Notes under the pieces: model-generated | The model's database searches: none | What the model was told of the DNA's origin: nothing | What the model saw: the letters and a program-made list of their open reading frames with translations, nothing else | From: the human T2T-CHM13v2.0 reference genome, Homo sapiens | Assembly: GCF_009914755.1 (NCBI RefSeq) | Contig: NC_060933.1 | Length of the DNA stretch: 64,000 bases | Strand: one strand, 5' to 3' | Shown here: positions 43,290-55,540 of the stretch, piece by piece | How the letters are laid out: the number at the start of each line of letters is the position of its first letter | Numbering within the stretch: the first letter of the stretch is position 1 | Program-made: the position numbers and the translations under genes

Positions 43290-45515
43290 GAATTATCGGA
43301 TCTTTTAAAATGTTAATATATTACCTCATATATAACTTTTGAATATTACGGTACTATACTTTCAATTCCTCCCTCCCATATTCTGTGCTATTTTATATAT
43401 TTTACTTTACCTATGTTTTCTAAAATCATTATATTTATAAACAATTTTGATGATAATGAAAACTTTCAGCATTTATCTCACACAAAGAAAAGTATTTCAC
43501 TTCTATAGTTGAGAGATATTTTTGCCAACTAGAGAATACAGAATTGAGAGGTATCTTTTTATTGTCACTATTCTTTTAGCTCTTTAAGAGGTCACTGAAT
43601 TGTCTTTGGGCTTGTGTAATTTCTAATGAGAATTCTACTTTGATTTTCTGTATGTAAGTATATTTTTCTTCCAAACACTTTCAATATTTCCTTTTAGCTT
43701 GGTTTCAGGTGTTTGAATCTCATATGTTTAGGTTTTTAAATTTTATTTATTCTTGAATTTCTCTTGTTGGGTCTATAGCTTGATATCTGTGATTATTTTT
43801 GGAAAACTCTAGGCTCATGTCTTTTTTATTGATATATAAAAGTTAGACATATTTATGGAGTACAGTGTGATATTTAGATACATGCATACAATGTGTAATG
43901 ACCAAATGAAGGTAATTGGGATATCCATCACTTTAAATATTTATCATTTCTTTGTGTTAGGAAAATTTCAAATATTCTCTCCCAGCTATTTTGAAATACA
44001 ATAAATTCTTGTTAATTATAGTTGTTATACCACGCTATCAAACAACAGAACTTATTTCAAGGCCCTTATATCTTCAAATTTTTCTTTTGTCTTATCTCCA
44101 TCTTTTCTTCAGTGATTCTTACTAGATACATGATAGTATCCCTCACCTCTTTAACGCTCTGTTTCCCCCTACTCCTTTTTCTATTTACGTCTCCATTTGA
44201 GTAGTTTCTATTTCACATCTGCCCATGTATGCTGTCAAACTTTTCCCTAGTTATTCTAAATTATCTGCCTGATAGCTGTAATTTGGAATTCATCTCTGAA
44301 CCTGGGGTCTGCTTTGTCTCTTAAGACTTTTACTTTGTGTGTCTTGTCATTTTGATTAAATGACATATATGGTACATAGACCTGTAAAAACTCAAGTACA
44401 TTTTTGTGCCTCTTCTTTTACTAAGCTGCTACTGTGGGATTTGAGTCAGTTTAGTCAGGAACTGAGCTGGGTTTAGGATGTTTTGTTGCTATTGCTACCC
44501 TTAGTACAACACAGTCTTCAAATTTCTCTGGCTTTACCTCCTGCTTAGGCAGGTATTGTTTTACTGGATGGTTTTCCTCATTGTCCCTGTGGCACCTTTA
44601 GATTTTGGCTTTTCCTGTATGAATTGCATTTCACAGAAGGTCCTTCACCATGCCTGTGACTCAGTAGTGAATTGTTGTTGCATTTTACTTCTAGCTTGCT
44701 AGTCTAGAAGTGGGGAACAGGTGAGTGACATTACTTTTTGGGCAGGTTCAACCTCATCCTTAAGCAGCCATTTGGTCTTACAGTCTCAGGGATGGTTCAT
44801 TTTCTGTGATAACTCTCATTGACTACAGGTAAGAGAAGCTCAATGATTTGGGCCAAGGATGATCCTACCTTTCCTCTAGGGTTAGAGCTGGGTATTCACT
44901 GTTACATTTTACTTCTAGCTTGTTAGTCTAGTAGTGGGGAACAGGTGAGTGATATTATTTCTTGGACAGGTTCAACCTCATCCTTGAGCAGGCATTTGTT
45001 CCTAGGGTCTCAGGGATGGTTCATTTTCTGTGATAACTCTCATTGCTTATGGGTAAGAGAAGCTCAGTGATTTGGGCCAAGGATGATCCTGTCTTTCTTC
45101 CAGGGTTAGAACTGGGTATTCACTCATGTCTTAGTAATAATAAAGTTTACTGTCCTTCCCCTGGAGACATGACACTTTTGTCCTTCCTCCAGAACTGTGC
45201 CATTGAGAAAAAAGTCTTCTGGTCTCCTACCTCACACCTAAACTCTCCTGACAGAATCCAGTGTAGTTTCAAAGAAAAAGTCTGTGAGTGGGTGAAGCTT
45301 CCTCCACCCACTGTCTGTCAGGTAAGTCAGAACTTGTGTCTCATCTGTCTCTGGAAACAATGGCTCTTTTTAGTGATGGATGTTTGGCTGTCCTTTGACC
45401 TCAATTCTATGATGAGTTCAAAAAAGTTATTATTTTATAGAGGATCTTGCTTTTTCTGGTTGTCATATTGAAATCAGCACTTGTTCAAGCTTGTTATAGC
45501 CTAAGAAAAGCCAAA
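43290..45515 (-). mobile_element. Old L1M ORF1/5' region, hosting an L1MA4/5 3' fragment at ~43821-44057
   Basis: TTTCTAATGAGAATTCTAC, ATTATTTTTGGAAAACTCT and CTTTGACCTCAATTCTATGATG are reverse L1M 5' motifs. The insert carries ATACAATGTGTAATGACCAAAT...ATCATTTCTTTGTGTTAGG. Confidence 0.65.
44676..45124. repeat. Tandem duplication, two 224-bp units
   Basis: CATTTTACTTCTAGCTTG starts at 44681 and 44905; both units end CTGGGTATTCACT. Confidence 0.95.
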
Positions 45516-46873
45516 AATCATCTCCATTTATGTTTTATACTAAATAAACTAAAAATGGACAGAAAATATAATACAATCATGCATTATACCCCAGTTTTCT
45601 CTATGTTTAGCATCTCAAGAGTTTGATATCACAATGTGTTGTCGAAGAATTAAAAATATGTAATAATCTATGTTTGCTTTTATTCTTTGACTCAGCATAG
45701 CCACTTATAAAAATTCATGTGAAGTCATGCCTCTAAAAATCCAAATAAGTTATGCATAATATTATTTATTTTAATATTACTATCAGTATTCAGTAGTAAA
45801 ATATTGGAAAAAGACAAATGCCATCCAAGTAAAATTGCTTTGATAAATTTTGGTGCATCCACACGTTCAAGTACTAAACAGTCAGAAAGAGTTTGAGCAA
45901 GATCTCTCTATAAAATGATATTAAGAGAAATTTTAAAAGCAAGGTACAAAATTGTCTATATGATATGCTTTTTCTTTCTTAAAATGAAGAACAATATACA
46001 CACATATGTTTACTTATTTTTCAAAGGAAACACAAAATAATACATGATGAAAATTCTTGCCTATAAGAGGTGTCAAGGAATAGAATGAGGGTTTATGAGA
46101 TTAACCTGGTACTTCTGTAACTTTTCCTTTCTTATATCTTTGAATTTTGTACCATGTAAATATTTATATTTTCAAAATATAAAATTTAATAAAATAGATT
46201 GCAAGGAGTAACAACAATCTTCAAAATAAAGAAATAAAAGATGACAGACAAATGTTTATAATAGCCTTGCAGTAATAGCCAGCATTTGAAGACAGCTCAA
46301 AATTTCACCAACAGGGAAATGGTGTCTCTGGGATTTTCAGATAATGTAATATTATTCGGCAATAAATAGGAACAAGCTATGATTCATGCAATGCCATTCA
46401 TGATGCTCAAAAATAATATCCTAAGTAAAATAATCCTGACACAAAAAGGTACACACTGTTACCACATTTATACAGAAACCTAGAACAGGAAAACCAATCT
46501 ATAGTGACAGAAAAAATGTCTAATGATCTTACCTCTATTGTAGACATTTTTCAACATATTTTAGTTTGTTTCCTTGGTTACCATTTTGGTAGCTACCATA
46601 ATCTTCAAAACCCCATTATTCAGTTTAGAACTAAATTGTTGCCTTCCAAAGCCAAGTGATTTTTTCTTTAAGTATAATATTTGATAGTCTACCAGCTACA
46701 GACAGTCTTTTATAATGCCCCCAAATTACAGGCTACCTGTACTCCTTGATCTGTTTGTCCCAGTATGACTAGAGATGGGCCAGATATTCCTCAGACCCTC
46801 ATTGTGAGTGCTTGCTGAGTGTCTGTGGTGAATGTCTTAAGATTATATTTGTATTTATTAAAACTTGGGTTGA

Positions 46874-46974
46874 CCGGGAGGCGGAACTTGCAGTGAGCCA
46901 AGATCGCGCCACTGCACTCCAGCCTGGGTGACAGAGTGAGACTCTGTCTCAAAAAAATAAATACATAAACATAA
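46874..46974 (+). mobile_element. Severely 5'-truncated AluY-like insertion
   Basis: Last ~77 bp of Alu plus tail. Perfect 14-bp TSD AAAACTTGGGTTGA (46860-46873, 46975-46988). Confidence 0.93.
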
Positions 46975-47802
46975 AAAACTTGGGTTGAAAAATCAGGAAG
47001 TACCTGTTGAATATTAAGGTTTCTTTCATCCTTTAAAAATAGGATAAAAGTAACAGAAGAACACTATTACTTGATAATGTGTGTTCTATTTGTTATGTAT
47101 AATAGATATACACATTTTACATTTATTCCAGAGAAATATTTTAATATGAATGATTAATGATTTTTTTCTCATTAAAATAATATAGTTGTTGCAATGAAGG
47201 ATGAGGCCTTGTTTTTAATGTAGGAGTCTATGAATGATCAGTCACATGGTATGGTAGGAATTTTCCACTCTGGACTAGATGTTAGATGTTATGGGAGATT
47301 GACAGAACTTGTTTTAAGGGTTTTCTATGATTATTTTTCATCAACTTTATTTTTCAGAGCAGTTTTGGTTCATAGCAAAGTTTAGAGGAAGGTACAGAGA
47401 TTTCCTATGTACCATTTCCTCCTTATTTGAACAGACTCCCCCACTATGAACATCCTGCAACAGAATGTTACATTTTTTACAACTGATGGACCTACATTGA
47501 CATAATTATCACTCACAGTCCATGAACTGCATTAGAGTTTATTGTTGGTATTGAACATTCTGTGGATTTTGACAAATGTATAATGATGTGCATCCATCAT
47601 TCTTTGTCATACAAAATAATTTTACTGTCCTAACCATCCTCTGTACACTGCCTATTTAATCCTTCCTTCCTCTAACTCCTCACAACGACTGACCCTTCTA
47701 TAGTCTCCATGGTTTTGCCTTTTGTCATAATGCCATATAGTTGTAATTGTACAGCATGTAACCTTTTCAGATTGGCTTCTTTTACTTAGTAATAGGCATT
47801 TA

Positions 47803-48109
<307 letters not shown>

Positions 48110-48350
48110 AAGAATCCTCCATATCATTTTATGGCTAGAGAGCTCATTTTCTTCTGGTGCCAAATAATATTCTATTGTTGGAAGGTTCTACAGGTTACTT
48201 CTTTATTAACTTTCTGAAGGACATCTTGGTTGCTTCCAACTTTTGGAAATTATGAATAAAGGTGATATAAACATTTTTGTACATGTTTTTGTGTGGATAA
48301 GTTTTTCGTGCATTTAGGTAAACATCTAAAAGTTGATTGCTGGATCTTAT

Positions 48351-48975
48351 TCAGAAGTGAAGCCAGCTGGATTTCCTGGGTCGAGTGGGGACTTGGACAA
48401 CTTTTCTGTCTAGCTAAAGGATTGTAAACACACCAATCAGCACTCTGTAAAAACGCACCAATCAGCACTCTGTGTCTAGTTAAAGGATTGTAAATGCACC
48501 AATCAGCACTCTGTAAAAATGCACCAATCTGCACTCTGTGTCTAGCTAAAGTATTGTAAATGCACCAATCAGCACTCTGTGTCTAGCTAAAGGATGGTAA
48601 ATGCACCAATCAGCATTCTGTAAAAATGCACCAATCAGTGCTCTGTGTCAAGCTAAAGAATTTTAAACGCACCAATCAGTGCTCTGTAAAATGGACCAAT
48701 CAGTGCTCTGTAAAATGGACCAATCAGCAGGAGGTGGGCAGGGACAAATAAGGGAATAAAAGCTGGCCATCCCAGCCAGCAGTGGCAACCTGCTCGGGTC
48801 CCCTTCTACACAGTGGGAGTTTATTCTTTCACTCTTCACAATAAGTTTGCTGCTGCTCACTCTTTGGGTCCGTGCCACCTTTAAGAGCTGTTAACACTCA
48901 CCACGAAGTTCCCTGGCTTCATTCTTAAAGTCATCGAGACCAAGAACCCACTGGAATGAACCAGCTCCAGACACA
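48351..48975 (+). mobile_element. LTR12 solo LTR (ERV9, short LTR12F-like form)
   Basis: GTGAAGCCAGCTGG.TTCCTGGGTCGAGTGGGGACTTGG start, tandem GCACCAATCAGCACTCTGT units, end CTCCAGACACA. TSD TTAT/TTAG (48347-48350, 48976-48979). Host L1 is continuous across it. Confidence 0.95.
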
Positions 48976-51820
48976 TTAGGGTAAGACTATTTCTACTTTT
49001 GAAAGAAACTGTCACATTGTCTTCCAAAGAAGGTGTATTCTTACCAGAAATGAATAAGAATCCCTGTGGCTCCATACGTTCCCCAGCATTTGGTGTTCTT
49101 AGTATTTTGAATCCTGGCCTGTTACAGTCCTTGGCCCATTTTGTAATTAGGTGATTTGTTTTCTTACTGTTGCATTATAAGAGTTCTTTGTATATTTATT
49201 AATAGATAGTAGTCCTTTATCAGATTCACATTTTACAAATATTTTCTGCTGGTCTATGACTTGTCTTTATCTTATCTCGAGTGTGTCTTTCACAGAGCAG
49301 AAGTTTTTAGTTTTAATGAGATCCAGCTTATCAAATATTTCTTTTGTGGATCATGCCTTTGGCATTATATCTAAAAACTCATAGCCATACCCAAGTTTAT
49401 TTAGATGTTTCTCTTATGTCATCTCCTAAAAGTTTCATAGTTTTGAATTTTACTTTTAATCCAATGATTCATTTTGAGTGACTTGTAGTGAAGGTTGTAA
49501 GATCTGCATCTTAATTCATTTTGTTTGTTTCTTGTTATTTTGGCATAAGAATATCCTTTTGTCCTAGCACCATTTGCTGAAAACATTTTGTTTTCCCCTT
49601 GTATTGCCTTTATCCCTTTGTCAAAAATCAGTTCACTACATTTGTGATTATCTATTTTTTGGACTCTCCATTCTGATCCTTTGATCTAGTAGCCTGTTCT
49701 ATTGCCAAATACTTCACTGACTTGGTTACCCTAGCAGTTTAGTAAGTCTTGAAGTCAGATAGTGTCAGTTTTCTGATTTTGTTCTCCTTTAATACAGTGT
49801 TGTCTATTCTGAGACTTGAACTTTAGAATACATTTTTCAATATGCACAAGATAACTTGCTGTGATTTTCACTGGGATTGTATAGAATTTATGTATCAAAT
49901 TGGGAAGAAATGACGTCTTGACCAGGATTTTTCTATCCATGATGATGGATTATCTCTCAATTTACTTCTTTTTATTCAACAGTTTTGTAGTTGTCTTTTG
50001 GTAGATTTTGTCCATATTTTCTTAGATTTTTACTTAAGTATCTCATTTTGAGGGAGTGTTAATATAAATGGTAACATGTTCTATATTTTAAATTCTACTT
50101 GATTATTGCTGATGCATAAGAAAATATTGTTTAATTTGCTCTTGTTCTAGCTGCCTAAAGTTGGCAGCTTCGATTAGTGAATTTAGGATTTTCTTCTTTT
50201 CTAACATATGCATTCAATACTATGAAGTTTCTGCTAAGCACTGCTTTCCCACACGTTTTGATGTTGTATTTTAACTTAATTTGAAATATATTTTTAAATT
50301 TACTTAAAGATTCCTGTAATCCATGTATTATTTATAAGTGTTATTTTTAATCACCAAGTATTTGGGGATTTTTGCAGTGATCTTTCTGCTATTAACTTCT
50401 AGTATAATTCCATTGTGGTTTGAGAACCTACTTTGTATAATTTCTATTCTTTTAAATTTGTTAAGATTTGTTTTATAACCCTGTGGTATATTTTGGTGAA
50501 TATTCATGTGAGTTTGGTAAAATACATATTCTAATATTACCGAATTGACTAGTCTATAGGTAATTATATCCAGTTGATGATGATGTTGTTGAGTTATGCT
50601 ATATCTTTACTGATTTTCTATCTGCTGTCTCTATCCATTTGATGATTCAGCAATGTTGAAGTCTCCAATTATAGTAGTGTGTTCTCTTTGTAGTTCTATA
50701 TGTTTTTCCTCATATATTTTGAAGCTCTGGTGTTAGGGACTTAAGTACTAACTGTCATTATGTCTTCTTAGAAAATTGGCCCCTTTATCATCGTGTAATA
50801 CCATTCTTTAGCTGTGATAATGTTCCCTGCTCTGACATCGGTACTCTAAAATTAATGTTGCTACTCTCATTTTCTTTTGATTAGTCTTAGTATGCTATGG
50901 CTTTCTCCATCCTTTGCTCTTAATCTCTGTATGTCTTTATATTTAAAGTCAATTTATTGTACACAGCGTATAGTTTGTCTTGTTTTTGTATCCCACTTTG
51001 ACTTAGTTTTTTAAGTAGAATATTTTGACCTTTTAAATAAAAAGTGACTATTGATATAGTTGAATTTATATTGACCATATTGTAGTTGTTTCCTATTTGA
51101 TGTCTTTGTTATTTGTCACTATTTTTGTTATCTACTCTTTTTCTGCCTTTTATGTTTTTAATAAAGCATTTGCAGTATTCTATTTCCTCTCCTTTCATAG
51201 GTAGTACAAGTACCAACTAATAATAATGTATTTCTAATTTCCTCCCTCTTGTTCCTGCAATCATTGCTATCATTCAATTCCTGTATTCATAAGTATACAT
51301 AAACATATGTGTATCTATTTACATGCATAAGCATGTATAATCAAATACATTGTTGCCATTATAATCATTTTTATTTTGTTAGATTAAGAATAAGAAAAAT
51401 GTGTTTTTATTTAACCATTATTTATCTCTTCTCCAATGCTCTTTTTTTATGTAGATTCAAATTTATGATCTATCTGTCTTTCTCTCTGAAGAACTTCGTT
51501 TAACATTTCTTGCAAGGTAGATGTACTAGCAAAAAAAATCAATTTTTATTTATCTGAGAAAATCTTTATTTCTTCTTCATTTGTGAAGGTTAATTTTGCA
51601 TAGTATGTAATTCTAGGTTGGTGTTTTCCACCTCCAAATCCTTTAAATATTTCATTCTAATTTTTTCTTGCCTATGTGATTTATGAGGAGAAGTTGAAAG
51701 TAATTCTTATTTTGCTCCTCTATAGGTAAGGCTTTTTTTTCCTTTCTGGCTTCTTTCAATAAAAGTTATTTCTCTTTATCTCTACTTTTATGTAGTTAAA
51801 ATATGCCTAGGTGTAGGGTA

Positions 51821-52111
51821 TTTTGTTTTTTGTTTGTTTTTGAAACAGAGTCTTACTCGCTCACCCAGGCTGGAGTGCAGTGGCATGATCTTGGCTCAGT
51901 GCAACCTCCGCCTCCTGGGTTCAAGCGATTCTCATGCCTCGGCTTCTGGAGTAGCTGGGATTACAGGAGTGTGCCACAACACCTAGCTACTTCTTACATT
52001 TTTAGTAGAGATGGGGTTTGCCATGTTGGCCAGACTGGTCTTGAACTCCCAACCTCAGGTGATCCGTTGGCCTCAGCTTCCCAAAGTGCTGGGATTACAG
52101 GCATGTTCGGC
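51821..52111 (-). mobile_element. AluSx/Sz-like
   Basis: GACTGGTCTTGAACTCC..ACCTCAGGTGATCC; T-rich tail on the left. Confidence 0.92.
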
Positions 52112-53149
52112 TGTTTGTTTGCTTGTTTGTTTGTTTTTGGCATTTACCCTGCTTGCTGTTCTCTGGACTTCCTGAATTTGTAGTTTGATGGCTATCATTT
52201 ATTTGGATAATTTCTCAGTTATTATTGTTTGCAACATATTTTATCTTTTCGTCTTTTTTTATTCTCTCTCTTTTTCTGGTATTCCCATTATGTATATGCT
52301 ATACCTTTTGTAGTTGTTCCACTGTTCTTGTATATCTTTCAGTCTTTTCTTTGTTTTATAGTTTTGGAAATTTCCACTGACATATTTTAATCCTCTGAGG
52401 TTCTTTCTTCAGTTGTGTCAAGTCTACTAATGAGGCCATCAAAGGCATTTTTATTTTATTTACAGTGCTTTTGATCTTCAACATTTTTTAAATTCTTTCT
52501 TAGAATTTTCATCTCTCTGCTTATATTATCCATTTGTTCTTCCATGCTATTTACTTTTTCCGTGAGAATGCTTAGCATATTAGGTGTAGTTTAAAAAAAA
52601 ATCTGGTCTCATAATTCCAATATCACTTACGTCTTTGAGTTTGGTTCTGATGCTTGCTGCATCTCATCAAAAATGTTTTGGCCTTTTAGTATGCCTTACA
52701 ATTTTTGTTGAAACCTGGACCTGATGTATTAAGTAAAAGAGACTCTCGTATATAGGCTTTTATTGGTATAGTGATAATGTCCTAGGGAAGGGAAAACATT
52801 TTATAGTCATATGATTAAGTCTTGGTCTTTTAGTAGGTTTGGTCTCCTGAGCTGTGAACTTCACAAGTGCTTCTCAGATTTTTTTTCACCACTTAGAAGG
52901 ATAGGATAACTAGAGTGAGCTGGAGTTGAAATTTTTCTTTCCCTTTGGATCTGTTTGAATCTGATAAAACCCCAAAAGGCTATTATCTGGTAAAATAGTT
53001 TCTCTTGAGGGAAACCTTGTTAAGAAGAGCAGAATGCTGTGGATTATTTCAACATGGTTACTTTTGTCCTTTCCTGTAGGAAGTACAAGGGGATGTTTCT
53101 CTCTGATCTTCGCTGTGACAATCTAGTAGAGCTCCTGGAGCTAAAACTC

Positions 53150-53180
53150 AAAAATAAAATAAAATAAAATAAAATAAAAA
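53150..53180. repeat. (TAAAA)n microsatellite
   Basis: Direct reading. Confidence 0.85.
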
Positions 53181-54064
53181 GAATGTCCCCATTCCCAGTC
53201 TCCATGACTGGGCCTTCCTGAAGATTTTAACTCTCAGACTTGTTCATTGTTAGCTTCCAGCAATTTGCCATTTACAGTTTAGGCTCTCCTATTCCAGTAC
53301 TAGTTTCTTCTGAGCTTTTTTCCTTACAAGCTTATGCTTCGGTAAGTTGTGATTCTTTGTATTCACCTGTCTATCTCTTCAAATTTGGGGGCTTTGGTTT
53401 GTCCTGTGACCTCACTTTTCTAATGGACCTGAGTTTATTTTTTAACTTGTTCAGCGTTTCACTTGTTGGAATGAAGTGTTTATTTCCAAGGTTCTTAGGT
53501 GGTGGGCCAGAAACTGGAAGTTGATCTCACCCATTAATTTTTAAACGTAGGCTACTACCTCTTTCATTTTCAGTGTTCTCTTAGTTAAAACATTTGGATG
53601 ACTCTGAAGGAATTAACTTATCCCAGCATCAAAATATTAAAGCTAGCTCAGCAGGCATTCTGCAACAGACTACATTACCATTCAGACACTTCATTTTCTC
53701 TGAAATGCAAGATGCCCCCCAAGGACCTGCTTTAAGACTAGTCTTTATACAAAGCAAGGAACTTTTTAATTCTAGCAAACAAGTTAGATATCTTGGTTCT
53801 TTTCTGCTCATCCCATCTTACTACAAGAAATAGAGACATATTGGAGCAAATTCATGGTGTCAGTTCTATCATAACTCTGGAAAAACATAATTCTTGCTTT
53901 AGAGTCTCTATTTAGCAAGGATAATAACAGTCGTTATTTTTATATTGTGTTGTATTTAGGAGTTAAATAAGTCCTGCCGTATGCTCTAAAAATGAGAAGC
54001 ATCTTTATTAAGGGCCCATAGCAACAACAACAAAAGTAATGTGTTTTCAAATAAATTTAGATTG

Positions 54065-54603
54065 TGTGGTAGGTAGAAAAATGTCTCTTCCCAAGAACAT
54101 TCTTGTCCTGATCCCTGAACCTATAAGTTTCACTCACATGGTAAGAAGAGTTTTACATGTCATCATGGCTATTCCTGTTGGAATACAAAAAAAAAAAGCG
54201 AGAAAGAGAGAAGGATTTCACAAGTATCATTAAGCTAAGGATGTTGAAATGTGGACATTATCATATCTGGATAGGCCCTATGTAATTATAAAGATTCTTA
54301 AATGAGGGAGACAAGAGGGTCAAAATAAGAGAAGGGTATATGAAGACAGAATCAGAGGGTTAGAGAGATACAGTTGCTGACTTTGATGACAGAAGAGCCT
54401 CACAAGCCAACAAATGCAGGCAGTATCTAGGAGCTAAACAGTGTGATGAGTGCATTTTCCCCCAGAGCCTCCAGAAGGAATGCAGCCCTGCCAATATTTT
54501 GATATTAACCCGGTAAGACTTTTAATCTCCTGAACTATGAGAGAATACATTTGAGCTTTTTAACCCACTGATGTAATGTGCCACAGCAGCCACAGAAAAC
54601 TAA
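54065..54603 (+). mobile_element. MLT1C/D-like MaLR LTR
   Basis: TGTGGTAGGTAGAA...GTCCTGATCCCTGAACC...CCAGAGCCTCCAGAAGGAATGCAGCCCTGCCAA...CAGCAGCCACAGAAAACTAA. Confidence 0.82.
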
Positions 54604-55502
54604 GGTTTTATTCTCATTTATAATATTTGTCAGAATGTGAAAAAGAAATTTCAGGGGTTTAAGAATGAGGGGGTCTTAAGGCAGTCAGGGCCTTGAGTTT
54701 CAAAAACTTTTATAATGGAAGTTTTTGATATGTTTGAGAGGGAACCACTCAGAGTGTACATGATAAGATTAGAAGTATTGTGATGGCAAAATATAATACC
54801 AAGGACTATACAGATTTGTAAACGTCTAGAAGAGCCATCACCTGGTAATGTGAGCAGTTACATATACTATCCTCATCCATGGCATGCATTTATATTTGAT
54901 TCTAGCACTTAATTGCAACCATGTAACCTTAAGATACATTTCAACCTTCCAGTCAAGGTAGCTGCTACTATTTTTTTTAAGTTGGAATATCTGTCATTCA
55001 GAATCCTCTTAGAAAAAAGAGAAATAACTCAAAGTATTTCTAACATAGGTAATTTAATGGAGAACTCGTCACACAAGTGATAGAAGAGCTGAGAAGATAA
55101 ATGGGGATATTGATCATACTCAGAGATTAGCAATAGCAGAAAAACACTACATCTCCTAAGTTGCTAATACAAAGAGAAAATTGGAATTCCAAGGGCTGGG
55201 ATCACCCCACAGGATTGTAACTACAGCTTGTCACCAGGGAGCTGAACAACCGCAGAAAACTTATTTGAGGGAGACTGAAGATGATGGCCTCACCTTTTCT
55301 GACCACCCTATCATCTGCTGCTATTGCCTCTCATTAACTCCAAACAAGATGGAAGCCAGCTAAAACTGCAGCCAAGGAAAACTAATAAGCAAAGGCCAGG
55401 CCCTCTGCTCGAAAAGGCAGAGCAAAGAGCGAGGAAGAAATTTGAGAGCAATTGGCTCTGCATCACTTAGCATGTGAAGTTAAGGGGAAAAAAAAAAAGC
55501 CC

Positions 55503-55504
<2 letters not shown>

Positions 55505-55538
<34 letters not shown>
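55505..55538. repeat. (AC)~17 microsatellite
   Basis: Direct reading. Confidence 0.95.

Positions 55539-55540
<2 letters not shown>

Noticed and set aside
45043-45471. 142-aa ORF
   Set aside because: Lies in decayed L1 5' sequence, starts at a non-ATG codon and has no recognisable domain.
48405-48730. CRISPR-like repeat array
   Set aside because: No unique spacers and no cas genes. It is the normal LTR12 enhancer repeat in primate DNA.
54990-55470. Possible old ERVL/MaLR LTR remnant
   Set aside because: Similarity too weak to name or delimit by eye.
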